IMG/VR virus record: IMGVR_UViG_2874444136_000005
Location: 1-64,000 of that record
Source: a virus
Lineage: Duplodnaviria > Caudoviricetes
Direction: 5' to 3' (one strand)
Length of the DNA: 64,000 nucleotides
In this document: one piece after another, positions 28,884 to 38,556 of the stretch
How positions within the stretch are numbered: position 1 is the first letter of the stretch
Layout of the letters: every line of letters begins with the position of its first letter
Notes under the pieces: model-generated
Told to the model about the DNA's origin: nothing
Seen by the model: the letters and a program-made list of their open reading frames with translations, nothing else
The model's database searches: none
Made by a program: the position numbers and the translations under genes

Positions 28884-29347
28884 TGATAGCCTCCAATCGC
28901 GGCGGGAACGTCCACCTGAAACACCAGAGGGTAATAGCCATAGCCGGACTCGTACTGTGCCGGCAGGCTCTGATTGCTCCTGGCCAGCTGCCGAGTAACC
29001 CCTTCGAGCGGTGACCACCCGGCCAAGGCCTCGACGGTTTTCAACATCAGCGGGCCGGCTTCGCTGCTGATATCAGCGCCGAGGCCGCGACCGTCGGCGA
29101 AATACACGCAGACCACCACGGCCCAGAGCTGCGTCACGAACTGCAGCCGGCGCTGGCCGCCACCGGTGGCGGCCGTCGAAGTGTTGACGGTATCGCCCAG
29201 GTACATCACATACGCCATCGGGCATATCGGGTTGTCATCGTTCATCTGAGACAGCCCGGCGACGCCCGTCACTTCGACAAACTCCGGTACGGCAGCACGC
29301 AGCCGGCCAATCAGCAACGGCTCGCAAAAGAGATAGTCGGTTACCAC
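28880..29347 (-). CDS. Tail terminator/completion protein
   Basis: Between gp36-like gene and tube; QLWAVVV, ALAGWSP motifs. Confidence 0.65.
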   Translation of the reverse strand: MVTDYLFCEPLLIGRLRAAVPEFVEVTGVAGLSQMNDDNPICPMAYVMYLGDTVNTSTAATGGGQRRLQFVTQLWAVVVCVYFADGRGLGADISSEAGPLMLKTVEALAGWSPLEGVTRQLARSNQSLPAQYESGYGYYPLVFQVDVPAAIGGYQ

Positions 29348-29763
29348 AGGCCATCCCTCCGGAACATGTTGCGCCCTGGCTCAAACATCACGGTATCTTC
29401 CGGCTCCATCACCTTGCCGGCGGCATCCAGACCCAGAGACAAGCGACCGGCCGCGACCTTTTCCAACTGGCGAATACGCTGGTTGTAACGGGTGACAACC
29501 GGCGATTCGTCCTTCGGGTTCTGATACAGGTAATAGCGGGTGATATCGCTGGCGATACGCCGCAGCGTGTCCGGCACGCTGGGGAGCGGCAGCAGGCCGC
29601 GCCCTTCCAGGTACATGTTGATCTCGGCATCGGCATCCGCAATCGCCTTCTCCACCACGGCAGGGTCAATTTGGCCGGTTGCCGGCCGAGCGCGGTCGGA
29701 GATGCGGATGATTTCCTGCTCGCCGAAATCGTTCACCAGGTCAGCCTGCGTGCAGTACCCCAT
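29341..29763 (-). CDS. Mu gp36-like head-tail adaptor (DUF1320)
   Basis: YCTQADL..FG..E, AIADADAEINMYL, DITRYYLY. Confidence 0.85.
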   Translation of the reverse strand: MGYCTQADLVNDFGEQEIIRISDRARPATGQIDPAVVEKAIADADAEINMYLEGRGLLPLPSVPDTLRRIASDITRYYLYQNPKDESPVVTRYNQRIRQLEKVAAGRLSLGLDAAGKVMEPEDTVMFEPGRNMFRRDGLW

Positions 29764-29765
29764 GG

Positions 29766-30308
29766 TTATTCCCCAGTCGGCGCAATCGGCTTGATGCGCA
29801 GGAATGTGTCCGCCGAGATCGCCGCGATCTGCTCATCGCTCAACAGCGAGAAATCGTAAGGTTTTGGCTCGGAGGTGAACTCAATGCCGGCGCGGAATCG
29901 CTTACCGCTCGGTGAACGCACCACCTGAACGGTGAACCAATGGGGTTTTGCGTCCGTGCTGACCTCTGTTTTTTCCACCGAAGAGCGGATGAAGTCGAGC
30001 ATGGCCTTTTCACCTGAAACGGTGTTGATAAGGCCTGAGAAACCTCCGGCGTCAGCGGCATCACCTGCAGCGGCATCAGTGCCGGCATTGGCGATATCAC
30101 CTGCAGCGGTATCGGTGCTGGCGTCGGCGGCATCACCTGCAGAGGTATCGGTGTCAGTGTTGGTGTCATCAGCTGCAGCGGCATCGGTGCCGGCATTGAT
30201 GGCATCACCTGCAACGGCATCGGTGCCAGCGTTGGCGATATCACCTGCAGCAGTACCATCCTTGATGAATTTCTCTTCCGGTTTGTCTTTATTTTTCGGG
30301 GTAGCCAT
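29766..30308 (-). CDS. Mu gp35/HI1506-like head-associated protein with 12-aa repeats
   Basis: C-terminal RFRAGIEFT...LSDEQIAAISADTFL; follows the capsid gene. Confidence 0.65.
   Translation of the reverse strand: MATPKNKDKPEEKFIKDGTAAGDIANAGTDAVAGDAINAGTDAAAADDTNTDTDTSAGDAADASTDTAAGDIANAGTDAAAGDAADAGGFSGLINTVSGEKAMLDFIRSSVEKTEVSTDAKPHWFTVQVVRSPSGKRFRAGIEFTSEPKPYDFSLLSDEQIAAISADTFLRIKPIAPTGE
30050..30255. repeat. Six degenerate 36-bp tandem repeats
   Basis: ATCA(C/G)CTGCA at 30060, 30096, 30132, 30168, 30204 and 30240. Confidence 0.9.
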
Positions 30309-30367
30309 AGCAACGTTCTCCCGCTACGCCCCACAGGGCGTAGCGTCATCAGAAAGTGACGGGCGGC

Positions 30368-31294
30368 TTAAATCAGCCAGGCAGTGTCCAGGATATCGGA
30401 CAGCTTGTAGTTCGGGTTGTCTTCGCCGCCGTTGATGGTGGCCACGCCAACAATCTTGCGCGCCGCTTCCGCCAGGGTCGGCGGAACAACGAGCAGATCG
30501 CCTTTGATGTTCAGCGGGCGACCGCCATCAGCCACCATGTTGCGCAGCAGCGTGTAGGCCTCCTGGTAGTTCTCCGCCGTCAACGGCTTGGTGGACTTGA
30601 CGCAGAACTGCCAGAAACCGAAGCCCACCGCCGACCGCGCACGGACGCCATACAGGAACTCATCGTTCATGAAGACATAGTCGCTGTTGGTGTCGCTGGT
30701 TTTCGCCTGCAGGTCGGGCTTGATGCGCTCCTGGAAAATCAGCGGTTTCAATGCGCGCTTGGTACACATCAGATACCACGGGGCCGGACTGGCCGGGTCA
30801 CCGCTAGCCGGGGTCAACAGGTTGCTGACCGGGGTGATCGCGCCGGTGCCGTCCACGTTCGCCGCAACAGGGTGCTCGGTATCAAAGAAGTTCTGGCCGT
30901 CGTAACAGAGCGAGGTCTCACCAGCCTTGAGCAGCGCAAAGATATGCTCATCCGGGTAAATCCCCGCAGCCCGGCCGGCTTCGGTCATCACCGGCTGATA
31001 GACGCCCACGCTGTCATCTTCAATCGCTGAGCGCGGGACGCCAACAGTGGCTTCATACAGCTTGTTGGTGATGCCGTAGCCGTCGGTTTTCATGTCCTTG
31101 ATGATGCGAGCGCCAACCCATTCACGCATCTGCGGGAATTGACCCAGCCAGGCGTAAATGTTGGTCGCCGTGGTGGACTTGATCACCGTGGCAATTTTGG
31201 TGTAGTCGGAATCGGCCGCTTTCAGACCGTCCTGGAATGCCTTGTTAAAGGCGACAAAAAGCGACTTAACCAGCGCGGGTGTGATAATGGCCAT
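30368..31294 (-). CDS. T: Mu-like major head subunit gpT
   Basis: YAWLGQFPQMREWVG; CYDGQNFFDTEHPV. Confidence 0.95.
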   Translation of the reverse strand: MAIITPALVKSLFVAFNKAFQDGLKAADSDYTKIATVIKSTTATNIYAWLGQFPQMREWVGARIIKDMKTDGYGITNKLYEATVGVPRSAIEDDSVGVYQPVMTEAGRAAGIYPDEHIFALLKAGETSLCYDGQNFFDTEHPVAANVDGTGAITPVSNLLTPASGDPASPAPWYLMCTKRALKPLIFQERIKPDLQAKTSDTNSDYVFMNDEFLYGVRARSAVGFGFWQFCVKSTKPLTAENYQEAYTLLRNMVADGGRPLNIKGDLLVVPPTLAEAARKIVGVATINGGEDNPNYKLSDILDTAWLI

Positions 31295-32433
31295 TATTGA
31301 ACGTCCTTCTTAGCAGCAGCGAATTCCGCCGGAGTAAAACCGGTTAATGCAGCCACTTCCAGCTCAACTGCAGTTAACCCGTGAGTGTCACCACTTGGCG
31401 GCTTACCGCCGTTCTGCAGCGTGGTAAGTGCTGCAATGGGGGCGGCCGCATCGAGATAGCCACGTAACGCAGCAATGTCTTTCTTGCCCATGTCACGCGC
31501 CCAGGTTTCCATGGTCGGCAGCAACTTTCCGGACGACAGTGCAGCGGTGATCAAACCGTCCAGGTCGCCACCGTCCAGACGCGCAGTCAGTGCGGCCATC
31601 TGGGTCGTCAGGTCGGTGACCACCGCAATGGGCACGTACTTGGTTGGATCAACGCCTTTATCCTTAGAGGCGGCGCTGACAGCCACGGTAAGTGCAGCAA
31701 TCTTGTTGTCCTTTTCCGTCACCTGGCTGGTTAGCGCGGTGAACATCTCCAACAGTTTGCTGAGGCTTGCGGCAGCCGCATCACCTTCATTTTCTTTCGG
31801 CATATCGCCGGCCGCCTGCTGCAGCGCGGCCAGGATATCGGCCTCGGTTGCATCATCGGCAAGGCCAAGCAGCTTGCGCAGCAGCTTTAACAGCTCTTCG
31901 TTCATGGTCTTCTCCGGGGAGGGTTGAGTTGATGCCTGCACGATGAGACGAGAGGCGGCCGCCAGGGCGACTTGATTCATGCCGTCCAGGGCGGGGTTAT
32001 TGGTGAGCGCTGCATTCAACACCTGCAGCACCGCACCGGTTTTCTTGTCGTAGGCAAAGACGGGGCTGATATAGCGGTATTCACCGCCGGCAATCATTTT
32101 GCGGGCGGTTTCCGTCCATTCGACGTTCTGGGCGAACATGCCGGCATCCGTCCAGACGGTATCGGTGCCTTTCCACCAACCGGCAGCGGGTGCCGGTTGA
32201 CCGTTGCTTTCAGTCCGCAGGGTCTGGTGTTCGTAGTCGATGACGATTTTGTTTTGGCGTGACGACAGGTGCTCGATGACCTGGCGCGCCAGGCTCTCGT
32301 TGAGTACCCAGTTGGCACATTCTGCGGGGCGGCCATCATTTGCGCGGAACTCGCCGGCCGGGAACAACTGGATCGTGTTTCCGGTCAGGTTCAGCTCAAA
32401 GGCCAGGGATGCGACAGCAACGTTTCGTTTCAT
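31294..32433 (-). CDS. I: Mu-like protease I; embedded scaffold Z probably starts at 31905
   Basis: IDYEHQT, PAAGW, EYRYISPVF, ALTNNPAL; internal GGAG RBS before MNEELLK. Confidence 0.9.
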   Translation of the reverse strand: MKRNVAVASLAFELNLTGNTIQLFPAGEFRANDGRPAECANWVLNESLARQVIEHLSSRQNKIVIDYEHQTLRTESNGQPAPAAGWWKGTDTVWTDAGMFAQNVEWTETARKMIAGGEYRYISPVFAYDKKTGAVLQVLNAALTNNPALDGMNQVALAAASRLIVQASTQPSPEKTMNEELLKLLRKLLGLADDATEADILAALQQAAGDMPKENEGDAAAASLSKLLEMFTALTSQVTEKDNKIAALTVAVSAASKDKGVDPTKYVPIAVVTDLTTQMAALTARLDGGDLDGLITAALSSGKLLPTMETWARDMGKKDIAALRGYLDAAAPIAALTTLQNGGKPPSGDTHGLTAVELEVAALTGFTPAEFAAAKKDVQ

Positions 32434-32486
32434 GCTGCCAATGTAACGGGATGGGAAAAACGGATTCAGGGGACGGGGTTCGTCAC
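32433..32486 (-). promoter_or_regulatory. Late promoter P(I): activator site plus -10
   Basis: GTGACGAACCCCGTCCCC, 23 nt, TACATT; same geometry as 41066-41119. Confidence 0.7.
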
Positions 32487-32640
32487 ACTGTTTTTGAAGG
32501 GGAAAAGCGGTCTAGGCATCATACACCAATGCAACCCTTTTTAGACCCCTTTTAAAAACCTTCTGGAGCTGTTAGGGAATTTTTTGCGAGCCGTTGCACC
32601 TCAATCGGTGAACGGCCCGCAAAAAGCCGCTGAGGCGTTT

Positions 32641-33222
32641 TTAGCGGGACTTCATAAAGGCATCATTCAGCACGCCCATCACCGCCTCAAAGGCCGGCTT
32701 GTTGAGCTGCTGATTATCCGTCACCGGCAGGAACGGACGCGGACGGATCACGATGCTGTAATTGACGGCGCGCGCGACGGCTTGCTTGTGGCTGCGCCTG
32801 GCGAACGTCGCCAGGTTGCCGCGCTTCATCAGGTTGCCCTGGCGGTCGGTGCGCAGCCGCACCTGGCCCTGGCGCTTGATGGTGCCGCCAAGGTGCTGAA
32901 TGGCGGCGTACACCAGGTTAGAGCCAATCTGCGCAAAGTCGTCACCGGATGCCGGTGTGACCGATGCCGCCAGGCGGCCGGTCACCTGCAGGATTTTCCC
33001 TGGCCAGTGGCCGGCGCGGGAACGCGAGCGGATGGTGCTGGGCTTGAGTGAGGGCCAACTGTTGGCCGGAAAACCCTGCTGCTCGAACATCGCCATGCTT
33101 TGGTCATGGAGCGTTTCGGCAACCTGCAGCATCAGTGGCCGGGGCTTCTCGACCACCGCCAGCAGTTGCTGCAGACGTTGGCTTACCGCCTTGTCATCGA
33201 CGGTGACTTTGATATTGGCCAT
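32641..33222 (-). CDS. Virion morphogenesis protein (Mu G-like)
   Basis: WPSLKPST, ILQVTGRL, GSNLVYAAIQHLGG, PRPFL. Confidence 0.9.
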   Translation of the reverse strand: MANIKVTVDDKAVSQRLQQLLAVVEKPRPLMLQVAETLHDQSMAMFEQQGFPANSWPSLKPSTIRSRSRAGHWPGKILQVTGRLAASVTPASGDDFAQIGSNLVYAAIQHLGGTIKRQGQVRLRTDRQGNLMKRGNLATFARRSHKQAVARAVNYSIVIRPRPFLPVTDNQQLNKPAFEAVMGVLNDAFMKSR

Positions 33223-34454
33223 CAGCGTAAATCCTTCAGTACCGTTCCCTGGCGAAGTGCAGAAGCTATCGCTGATTCACCTACGGGAACAAAGTTATTC
33301 ACCACCAGACCCGCATCCAGCGTCGCCTGCCACCATTGCCCCTCGAACGGGCGGAACAGGTGCAGCAGCTCGCCGGCACGCACCGCGACGGTGGATGACT
33401 CGATAACCGTCTGCACGCCGGCCCATTGCTGTTGAGTCGGCAACGTGCCGGCACCAGCCTGGGCGGCAAGCTGGTGCTCTGCCAACCAGGCGGTGCGGCC
33501 GGCGGTGCCCAGCGTCGCCATCTCGCCAGCATCCAGCACGCCGGCAGCCAGTATCTCGCCGGTGCGGTTACCTAGAGCTACATCGCTCAGCATGTGCGTC
33601 AACTCCGGGCCAGCCAATCCCGCGCTGACATACGGGCGCGACAGCTCCACATCGTACTTGTCCAGGTTGGCTTTCCACACCTCTTTGCCGGGGTTGATAT
33701 CAAAACCCACGTCCGGGAAGAAAGTCACCGCCTGGCCGTCCGGGCCACTGAACCGCACGCCATTCACCGGGGTGAAGGTTGGGCGCCCATTCTCGTCTTC
33801 GCCGGTCATCACCTGCTGGACAACTTCGCTGTCGGTGTGCGAAATCACATAGCCCCGTTGCCTCACGTCGCGCTCGGTCAGCGCTTCAGCGCGGCAGCGG
33901 CAGTTAAAGCCGTTCGGCGGGAAGATGTACTGCCAAATCGGATCGAGGTAATGAAAGACGCGGTTATGCAGTCGGGCATGGCTGGGGCGGGTCTTCGCAT
34001 CCATCACCGCCACATACCGCCAGTAGGGGCGGTTTTCTGCGTTGGCCAGCATGGACTCATGGCGCGCCGACATGTAGGCCGCCTGGGTGTTGGTTCGATA
34101 GATGGTATTGAGCCGGGCCGGGTTACCGAGCTGGCGGGTCGTGATTTCGCCGGTATCGGTATCGATATTTTCCTCGCTGCCCCACCAACCCTTTTTACGC
34201 AGTACCGGCTCCAGATTCTTGACGAACCATTCCGGCGTCTGGCCGGCGGCCAGGCCTTCGCGCAACCCGTTCACCAAATCCTGGGCAATATCCAGGCGCG
34301 CCAGATTGGCAAAGCCGAATGCGTGCGCATGATCCACCGCCTGCATGGCGTCGGCATCAGTTCGGATGCGCAATCCCTTGTTTTCGAGGTAACGCAGCGC
34401 GGCTTCCGGCTTCATGCCGAACAGCGCGCTGATTTCTGCCTTTGATATTGGCAT
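33222..34454 (-). CDS. Head morphogenesis protein (Mu F-like)
   Basis: RLNTIYRTN, DAKTRPSH, PPNGFNCRC. Confidence 0.9.
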   Translation of the reverse strand: MPISKAEISALFGMKPEAALRYLENKGLRIRTDADAMQAVDHAHAFGFANLARLDIAQDLVNGLREGLAAGQTPEWFVKNLEPVLRKKGWWGSEENIDTDTGEITTRQLGNPARLNTIYRTNTQAAYMSARHESMLANAENRPYWRYVAVMDAKTRPSHARLHNRVFHYLDPIWQYIFPPNGFNCRCRAEALTERDVRQRGYVISHTDSEVVQQVMTGEDENGRPTFTPVNGVRFSGPDGQAVTFFPDVGFDINPGKEVWKANLDKYDVELSRPYVSAGLAGPELTHMLSDVALGNRTGEILAAGVLDAGEMATLGTAGRTAWLAEHQLAAQAGAGTLPTQQQWAGVQTVIESSTVAVRAGELLHLFRPFEGQWWQATLDAGLVVNNFVPVGESAIASALRQGTVLKDLR

Positions 34455-35980
34455 TACTGCCCCTCCTGCTGGGCATACAGGCCAATCAGGCGCGCGATGG
34501 TCTGCGTATCACCGAGGTTAGCCTGCAGTAAGGTCGGATCGAGCTGAGGGAACGCATCAGCCAGCGCACCCAACAGGCTTTGTTCGTCCAGTTCCCCGGA
34601 CAACGCAGCGATAGCCGGCTGCAACATGGCAATCAGCCCCTCAGCAGGCTTATTGCCGCTTAACAGTGCCGTTAATGCCTCATCAATCCCTGTTTGCGTG
34701 TCATCCGCACCGGGTTTGCGGGTCAACGCGGCCACTAACGCGGCAATGACCTGGGAATTATAACTGCGTGCCGGCGTCGGCGCTGCCGGTGCACCCAAAT
34801 TAACCTGCACGGTGCGACTTGCGCCGATGGGTTCGGGGGGCTGGGGTTCTGGCACCTTGAACTTGATGCGCGGCGTGCGGCGCGGGTCGGCGTTCGCTCG
34901 GCGATTGAGCACCAGCAGCGGCCAAAACAGATCGCTGCGCAGCGTCATGGCCAACTGACGGCCATCGGAAGCCAGCAGGTCATGGCGCACCTCATTGTGA
35001 ACCACGCCCAGGGCATTGGTGGAGGTTTTGCCGTCGGCCTGCGTGGTCAGTGTCCCGCCCAGAATGGCCTTGGACATGGCTTTTTCCGCCCATTCGGCCA
35101 GTGCCATAAACGGCTCATGCGAGCTGTTCGACGCCTGATGCAGGGTGATTTCCATTTCCTTGGGGATAATACCGCCGGCATAGCGTCCCAGCTCGGTAAC
35201 GGCCCGCATCAGCTCACGCCTTTCTTTTTCACCGACCCCCTCCGGGTATTTACCGATACGCAGCGGGATACCGTAGATCTCCAGCAGCTCCGCCAGGCTC
35301 TGAGTGCCGAAGTTGCGGCACACATACGGCCAGGACAGGGTGCGCAGCAGCCCGGCACGCGCAACATAGCCACTGCGGGACTTATGGCGGTGCTGTATCC
35401 AGCCGAACGGCTGCAGCGGCGCGCCCATGCCGTCATCGGTACGCAGCAACAGCTGATCCTGATTGTCCCGCGCCAGTTCGAACCAGGACGCCGGGCGGTG
35501 GTGAAACGCCTTCGGAAACCACTCGCGGCCGACAGGCTCCCACTCGATCTCGATATTGCTGAACCCCTGGCCGATGGCGTCGAGCATATCGATGATCAAA
35601 TCCTCCCAGCCGTCTTGCTCGGTGATGTATTCCGCCAGCCAGGCCGCATCTGCTTGCTCTGCCGGTGTGGCATTGGGCGGCGGCGTGATTTCGTGCGGGA
35701 TGGTCAGCAGCGCGCGCTTGCGCTTTTGCATCTCGGCAAACAAATGGGCGTCCCGTTCTTCCATATCGGTGAACAGGTCGGCCTGGGCCTGCAGGTTGCC
35801 CAGCTCGGCCTCGTTGAGAATTTGCTCCAGGCGCTGGGGCGTCAGCCGCTGGCTGGGGTGCTCGGCATACAGGCCGGCCAGCGCGGCCACGTGGGAGGAC
35901 TGCGGCTCACGCAATACCTCACGTCGGATGGGGTTGCCGTACATATCGAGCAGTTGGGGTTGTGCCATTGTCATCACCAT
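34454..35980 (-). CDS. Mu gp29-like portal (DUF935)
   Basis: DMEERDAHL..QKRK; YGIPLRIGKYP; SKAILGGTLT; LGVVHNEVR. Confidence 0.9.
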   Translation of the reverse strand: MVMTMAQPQLLDMYGNPIRREVLREPQSSHVAALAGLYAEHPSQRLTPQRLEQILNEAELGNLQAQADLFTDMEERDAHLFAEMQKRKRALLTIPHEITPPPNATPAEQADAAWLAEYITEQDGWEDLIIDMLDAIGQGFSNIEIEWEPVGREWFPKAFHHRPASWFELARDNQDQLLLRTDDGMGAPLQPFGWIQHRHKSRSGYVARAGLLRTLSWPYVCRNFGTQSLAELLEIYGIPLRIGKYPEGVGEKERRELMRAVTELGRYAGGIIPKEMEITLHQASNSSHEPFMALAEWAEKAMSKAILGGTLTTQADGKTSTNALGVVHNEVRHDLLASDGRQLAMTLRSDLFWPLLVLNRRANADPRRTPRIKFKVPEPQPPEPIGASRTVQVNLGAPAAPTPARSYNSQVIAALVAALTRKPGADDTQTGIDEALTALLSGNKPAEGLIAMLQPAIAALSGELDEQSLLGALADAFPQLDPTLLQANLGDTQTIARLIGLYAQQEGQ

Positions 35981-37761
35981 AAACCGCGACCGCCGAAGTC
36001 CGGCTCGTCGTCATCATCATCAAGAAAGCGATCGCCGCTATACCGCGCCGCCTCACGGCGGGGTATCGGCTCCCAGGCATACGAACCCGCGCCACGGGAA
36101 ACGGCAATCATCCAAAGCAGCTGCAGCGCCGACAGCCCGTCATAGTGGTGACCGGTCTGCGCCTCTGGCCAGGTTTCCAGCTCGGACAGCAACAGCGTCA
36201 GGCCTGGATTGAACAAAATAGAGGGGTTGAGCTGGTCGTTGATGTACGGCTCCAGCCCTTCGACGCGCACTTCCAGCGGCACCTTGGCCGTCACGCCAAC
36301 CAGCGGCAGCGCGACCCCTTCACGTAGAGCGTTCTTGATGAACGTCGAGCGCGAGTGCTCGTAGGCGTTGTTGTTCTCAAAGCCGATGGCCAGGCACCTG
36401 AATTGTCGCTGCATCGCTATCAGGTCGGCTTCCAGTTTGGACGGCACGCGCCGCTTGATCTCCGCCTCCATCACATGCAGGCGGCTGCGCTGCTTGTCCC
36501 AGCCGCCAACAAGAATTGCCGAGGGGTCGCTGGTCTCACCCTGGCCCATAGAGGGGTCACAGGCACCGAAAATCAGCCAGTCGCGCCAGCGCTGGGTAAA
36601 GAACTGGATGTTGATAAACGTCCGGTCTTCATCCGTGCGCGGGTCGCCCTGCATTTCGGTGGCAAATGCCTTGCCGTTCTTGGCGCGCTGGCGCATCAAC
36701 CAATAGAGGGTACGCACCGCCGGCCAGCTCGTGACCGCGCCATCATCCATCTGTACCTGGTGCGCCAGGTAGAACTTGTAAGACGGCAGCTTGTCCTGGG
36801 GAAGATCAAGCCCCAGCTCGGCCGCCTGTTCCTCGGCGCGCTTGTCGTCGTTGAGCATCTTCTCCTGGCACTGTTCCCACAAATCCATGTGCGTGGGCAG
36901 CGTCACGATGGCGCGGAAGTGGTGAACCACATGGCCAATGGTGCGCTTGGCGCGGCTGATAGGGTCATCTTTATTAAGCACAGTACCGACACCCAGGTAT
37001 TTTACCGAGCCGTCCGGCGGCCCCAGGTACTCGATCGCTTTTGAAATCCAGTTCCAGCGGTTTTCGCGCTCGGTCGGGGATTTGGCCTCGGCATCGGTGA
37101 TCAGGTCATCGCCCAGCAGCAATTTGGGACGGCTGGCCCCGTGGAACGTACCACGGATAGCCTGCTCGGCACCGAACGCCTCGACCTTCACGCCGGTGCG
37201 GGTGGTGAACTCGCCAATCTTCCATTGCCCGCTGCGGCCGCAGACCTCCGGGAAATCCAGCATCAGCGCCGCGTTCATGGTCAGTTCGGTTTTGACCACC
37301 TCCAGCAGCTTGGTCGGCAGTTTGGTCTCCGCACCAAGCAAGATGATGTAGTCGATGAAGGCCGGCCGCTCGTCGGTGAAGCCGAGCGCCGCGCGAACGT
37401 CGTCATGCTGATGCAACCCCTGAACGGCGCACCAGACCGGGCCGATTTTGGTCAGCAGCGAGGATTTGGCTTCACCACGCGGGGCAATCCACCATTCGAC
37501 TGCGCCGCCGGGGCGCGTCAGCAGCTGCGGGAAGCGCGTGCAAAAATGCGCATGGAACAGGGATTGCTCGCCCCGGATGTGATGCGGGAAATAGGTATAG
37601 GCAAAAAACGTGAAGTCACCCGACAACACCCTGCGCCGGCGGGCGTTAATGGCCTCCGGCGAGGTGTCCAGCCCGGTGCTGTGTGCCTGGATATCAGCTC
37701 GCAATGCGTGCTTGAGCATCGCCAGCTCTTTGAGAAAGTCACGCCCGCTTAATTGGCTCAT
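35974..37761 (-). CDS. Terminase large subunit (Mu-like phage)
   Basis: APRGEAKS Walker A; LLLGDDL Walker B; DPSMG..DPSA and HYDGLSAL nuclease motifs. Confidence 0.9.
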   Translation of the reverse strand: MSQLSGRDFLKELAMLKHALRADIQAHSTGLDTSPEAINARRRRVLSGDFTFFAYTYFPHHIRGEQSLFHAHFCTRFPQLLTRPGGAVEWWIAPRGEAKSSLLTKIGPVWCAVQGLHQHDDVRAALGFTDERPAFIDYIILLGAETKLPTKLLEVVKTELTMNAALMLDFPEVCGRSGQWKIGEFTTRTGVKVEAFGAEQAIRGTFHGASRPKLLLGDDLITDAEAKSPTERENRWNWISKAIEYLGPPDGSVKYLGVGTVLNKDDPISRAKRTIGHVVHHFRAIVTLPTHMDLWEQCQEKMLNDDKRAEEQAAELGLDLPQDKLPSYKFYLAHQVQMDDGAVTSWPAVRTLYWLMRQRAKNGKAFATEMQGDPRTDEDRTFINIQFFTQRWRDWLIFGACDPSMGQGETSDPSAILVGGWDKQRSRLHVMEAEIKRRVPSKLEADLIAMQRQFRCLAIGFENNNAYEHSRSTFIKNALREGVALPLVGVTAKVPLEVRVEGLEPYINDQLNPSILFNPGLTLLLSELETWPEAQTGHHYDGLSALQLLWMIAVSRGAGSYAWEPIPRREAARYSGDRFLDDDDDEPDFGGRGLW

Positions 37762-37843
37762 ATTACCTCTGGTGGGTGAGGCTCCGATAAGTGCTAAGAT
37801 CCGTTGGCCACAACATCACTTTTTACCCTCGGAGCCTCAAATC

Positions 37844-38344
37844 ATGGATCTAACGTCTTTTATGTCTCTTTACGAGTCTGTCAAAGCAGTTAAAGACGTC
37901 GTTAAAGCCGCTTCTGACCTCAAAACCGACGTCGCCATTAACGAAAAAGCGACGGAAATCTACAGTTACCTCAACGACGTTCAAGAAAAACTAATGGCGC
38001 TGCAGGTAGAACACATGTCGATGTCGCGCCTCAAAGACGATCTCGAACGTCAGGTTATAGAGCTGACGCAATGGAATGAGGACAAATCCCGCTATGCGCT
38101 TACCAAACTGTCTTCCGGAGCATTCGTGTATCAGCTCAAGACGGCGGATAAGGGCGATGAGCCGGTGCATCAGCTTTGTGCCAACTGCTATCAGCAGCAG
38201 ATCAAATCGATTCTTCAATTTCATGGGTATCATAAATTCCATTCAATCCTGCATTGCCCGCGCTGCTCATCGGAATATCTGAATGAGCGACAGGAAATGA
38301 GCAGTCATGTTGTTAGCGACTATGACCCTTACGATGAAGACTAA
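37844..38344 (+). CDS. Moron: coiled-coil plus Zn-ribbon hypothetical protein
   Basis: GGAG RBS; extended -10 TGCTAAGAT; CANC...CPRC; antisense to the late operon. Confidence 0.7.
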   Translation: MDLTSFMSLYESVKAVKDVVKAASDLKTDVAINEKATEIYSYLNDVQEKLMALQVEHMSMSRLKDDLERQVIELTQWNEDKSRYALTKLSSGAFVYQLKTADKGDEPVHQLCANCYQQQIKSILQFHGYHKFHSILHCPRCSSEYLNERQEMSSHVVSDYDPYDED

Positions 38345-38556
38345 TCCTCATCGTGACTCTCACAATGAGCCAGATTAACTTCGTCAACCAACTGCGCCAG
38401 ACGCGCCCACGCGGTCTGGCTATGCCTCTGTTCAGCCAGGGCTATGCGACCGTCACTTAACAGCACTTTGACCTGGCGATTAGTGTCTACATGCATATCG
38501 CTAATGACGTTGTAAGCAACGTAATGGTCGCTTGCCAGGCGGATCATCCTAGCCAT
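38341..38556 (-). CDS. Hypothetical protein
   Basis: 71 aa overlapping the terS stop. Confidence 0.55.
   Translation of the reverse strand: MARMIRLASDHYVAYNVISDMHVDTNRQVKVLLSDGRIALAEQRHSQTAWARLAQLVDEVNLAHCESHDED

Noticed and set aside
30050-30255. 36-bp periodic repeat as a CRISPR array
   Set aside because: Units are contiguous, degenerate, in frame within a CDS and have no unique spacers; no cas genes
32490-32640. Anti-CRISPR/aca locus between G and protease, as in D3112-like phages
   Set aside because: Interval is only about 200 bp with a promoter and no credible ORF
19262-37752. Long + strand ORFs (e.g. 27958-28845, 33594-34445, 34982-36145)
   Set aside because: Antisense shadows of GC-rich genes with no recognisable motifs
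37610-37843. N-terminal extension of the moron to 244 aa
   Set aside because: Overlaps terL antisense; promoter and RBS point to the ATG at 37844
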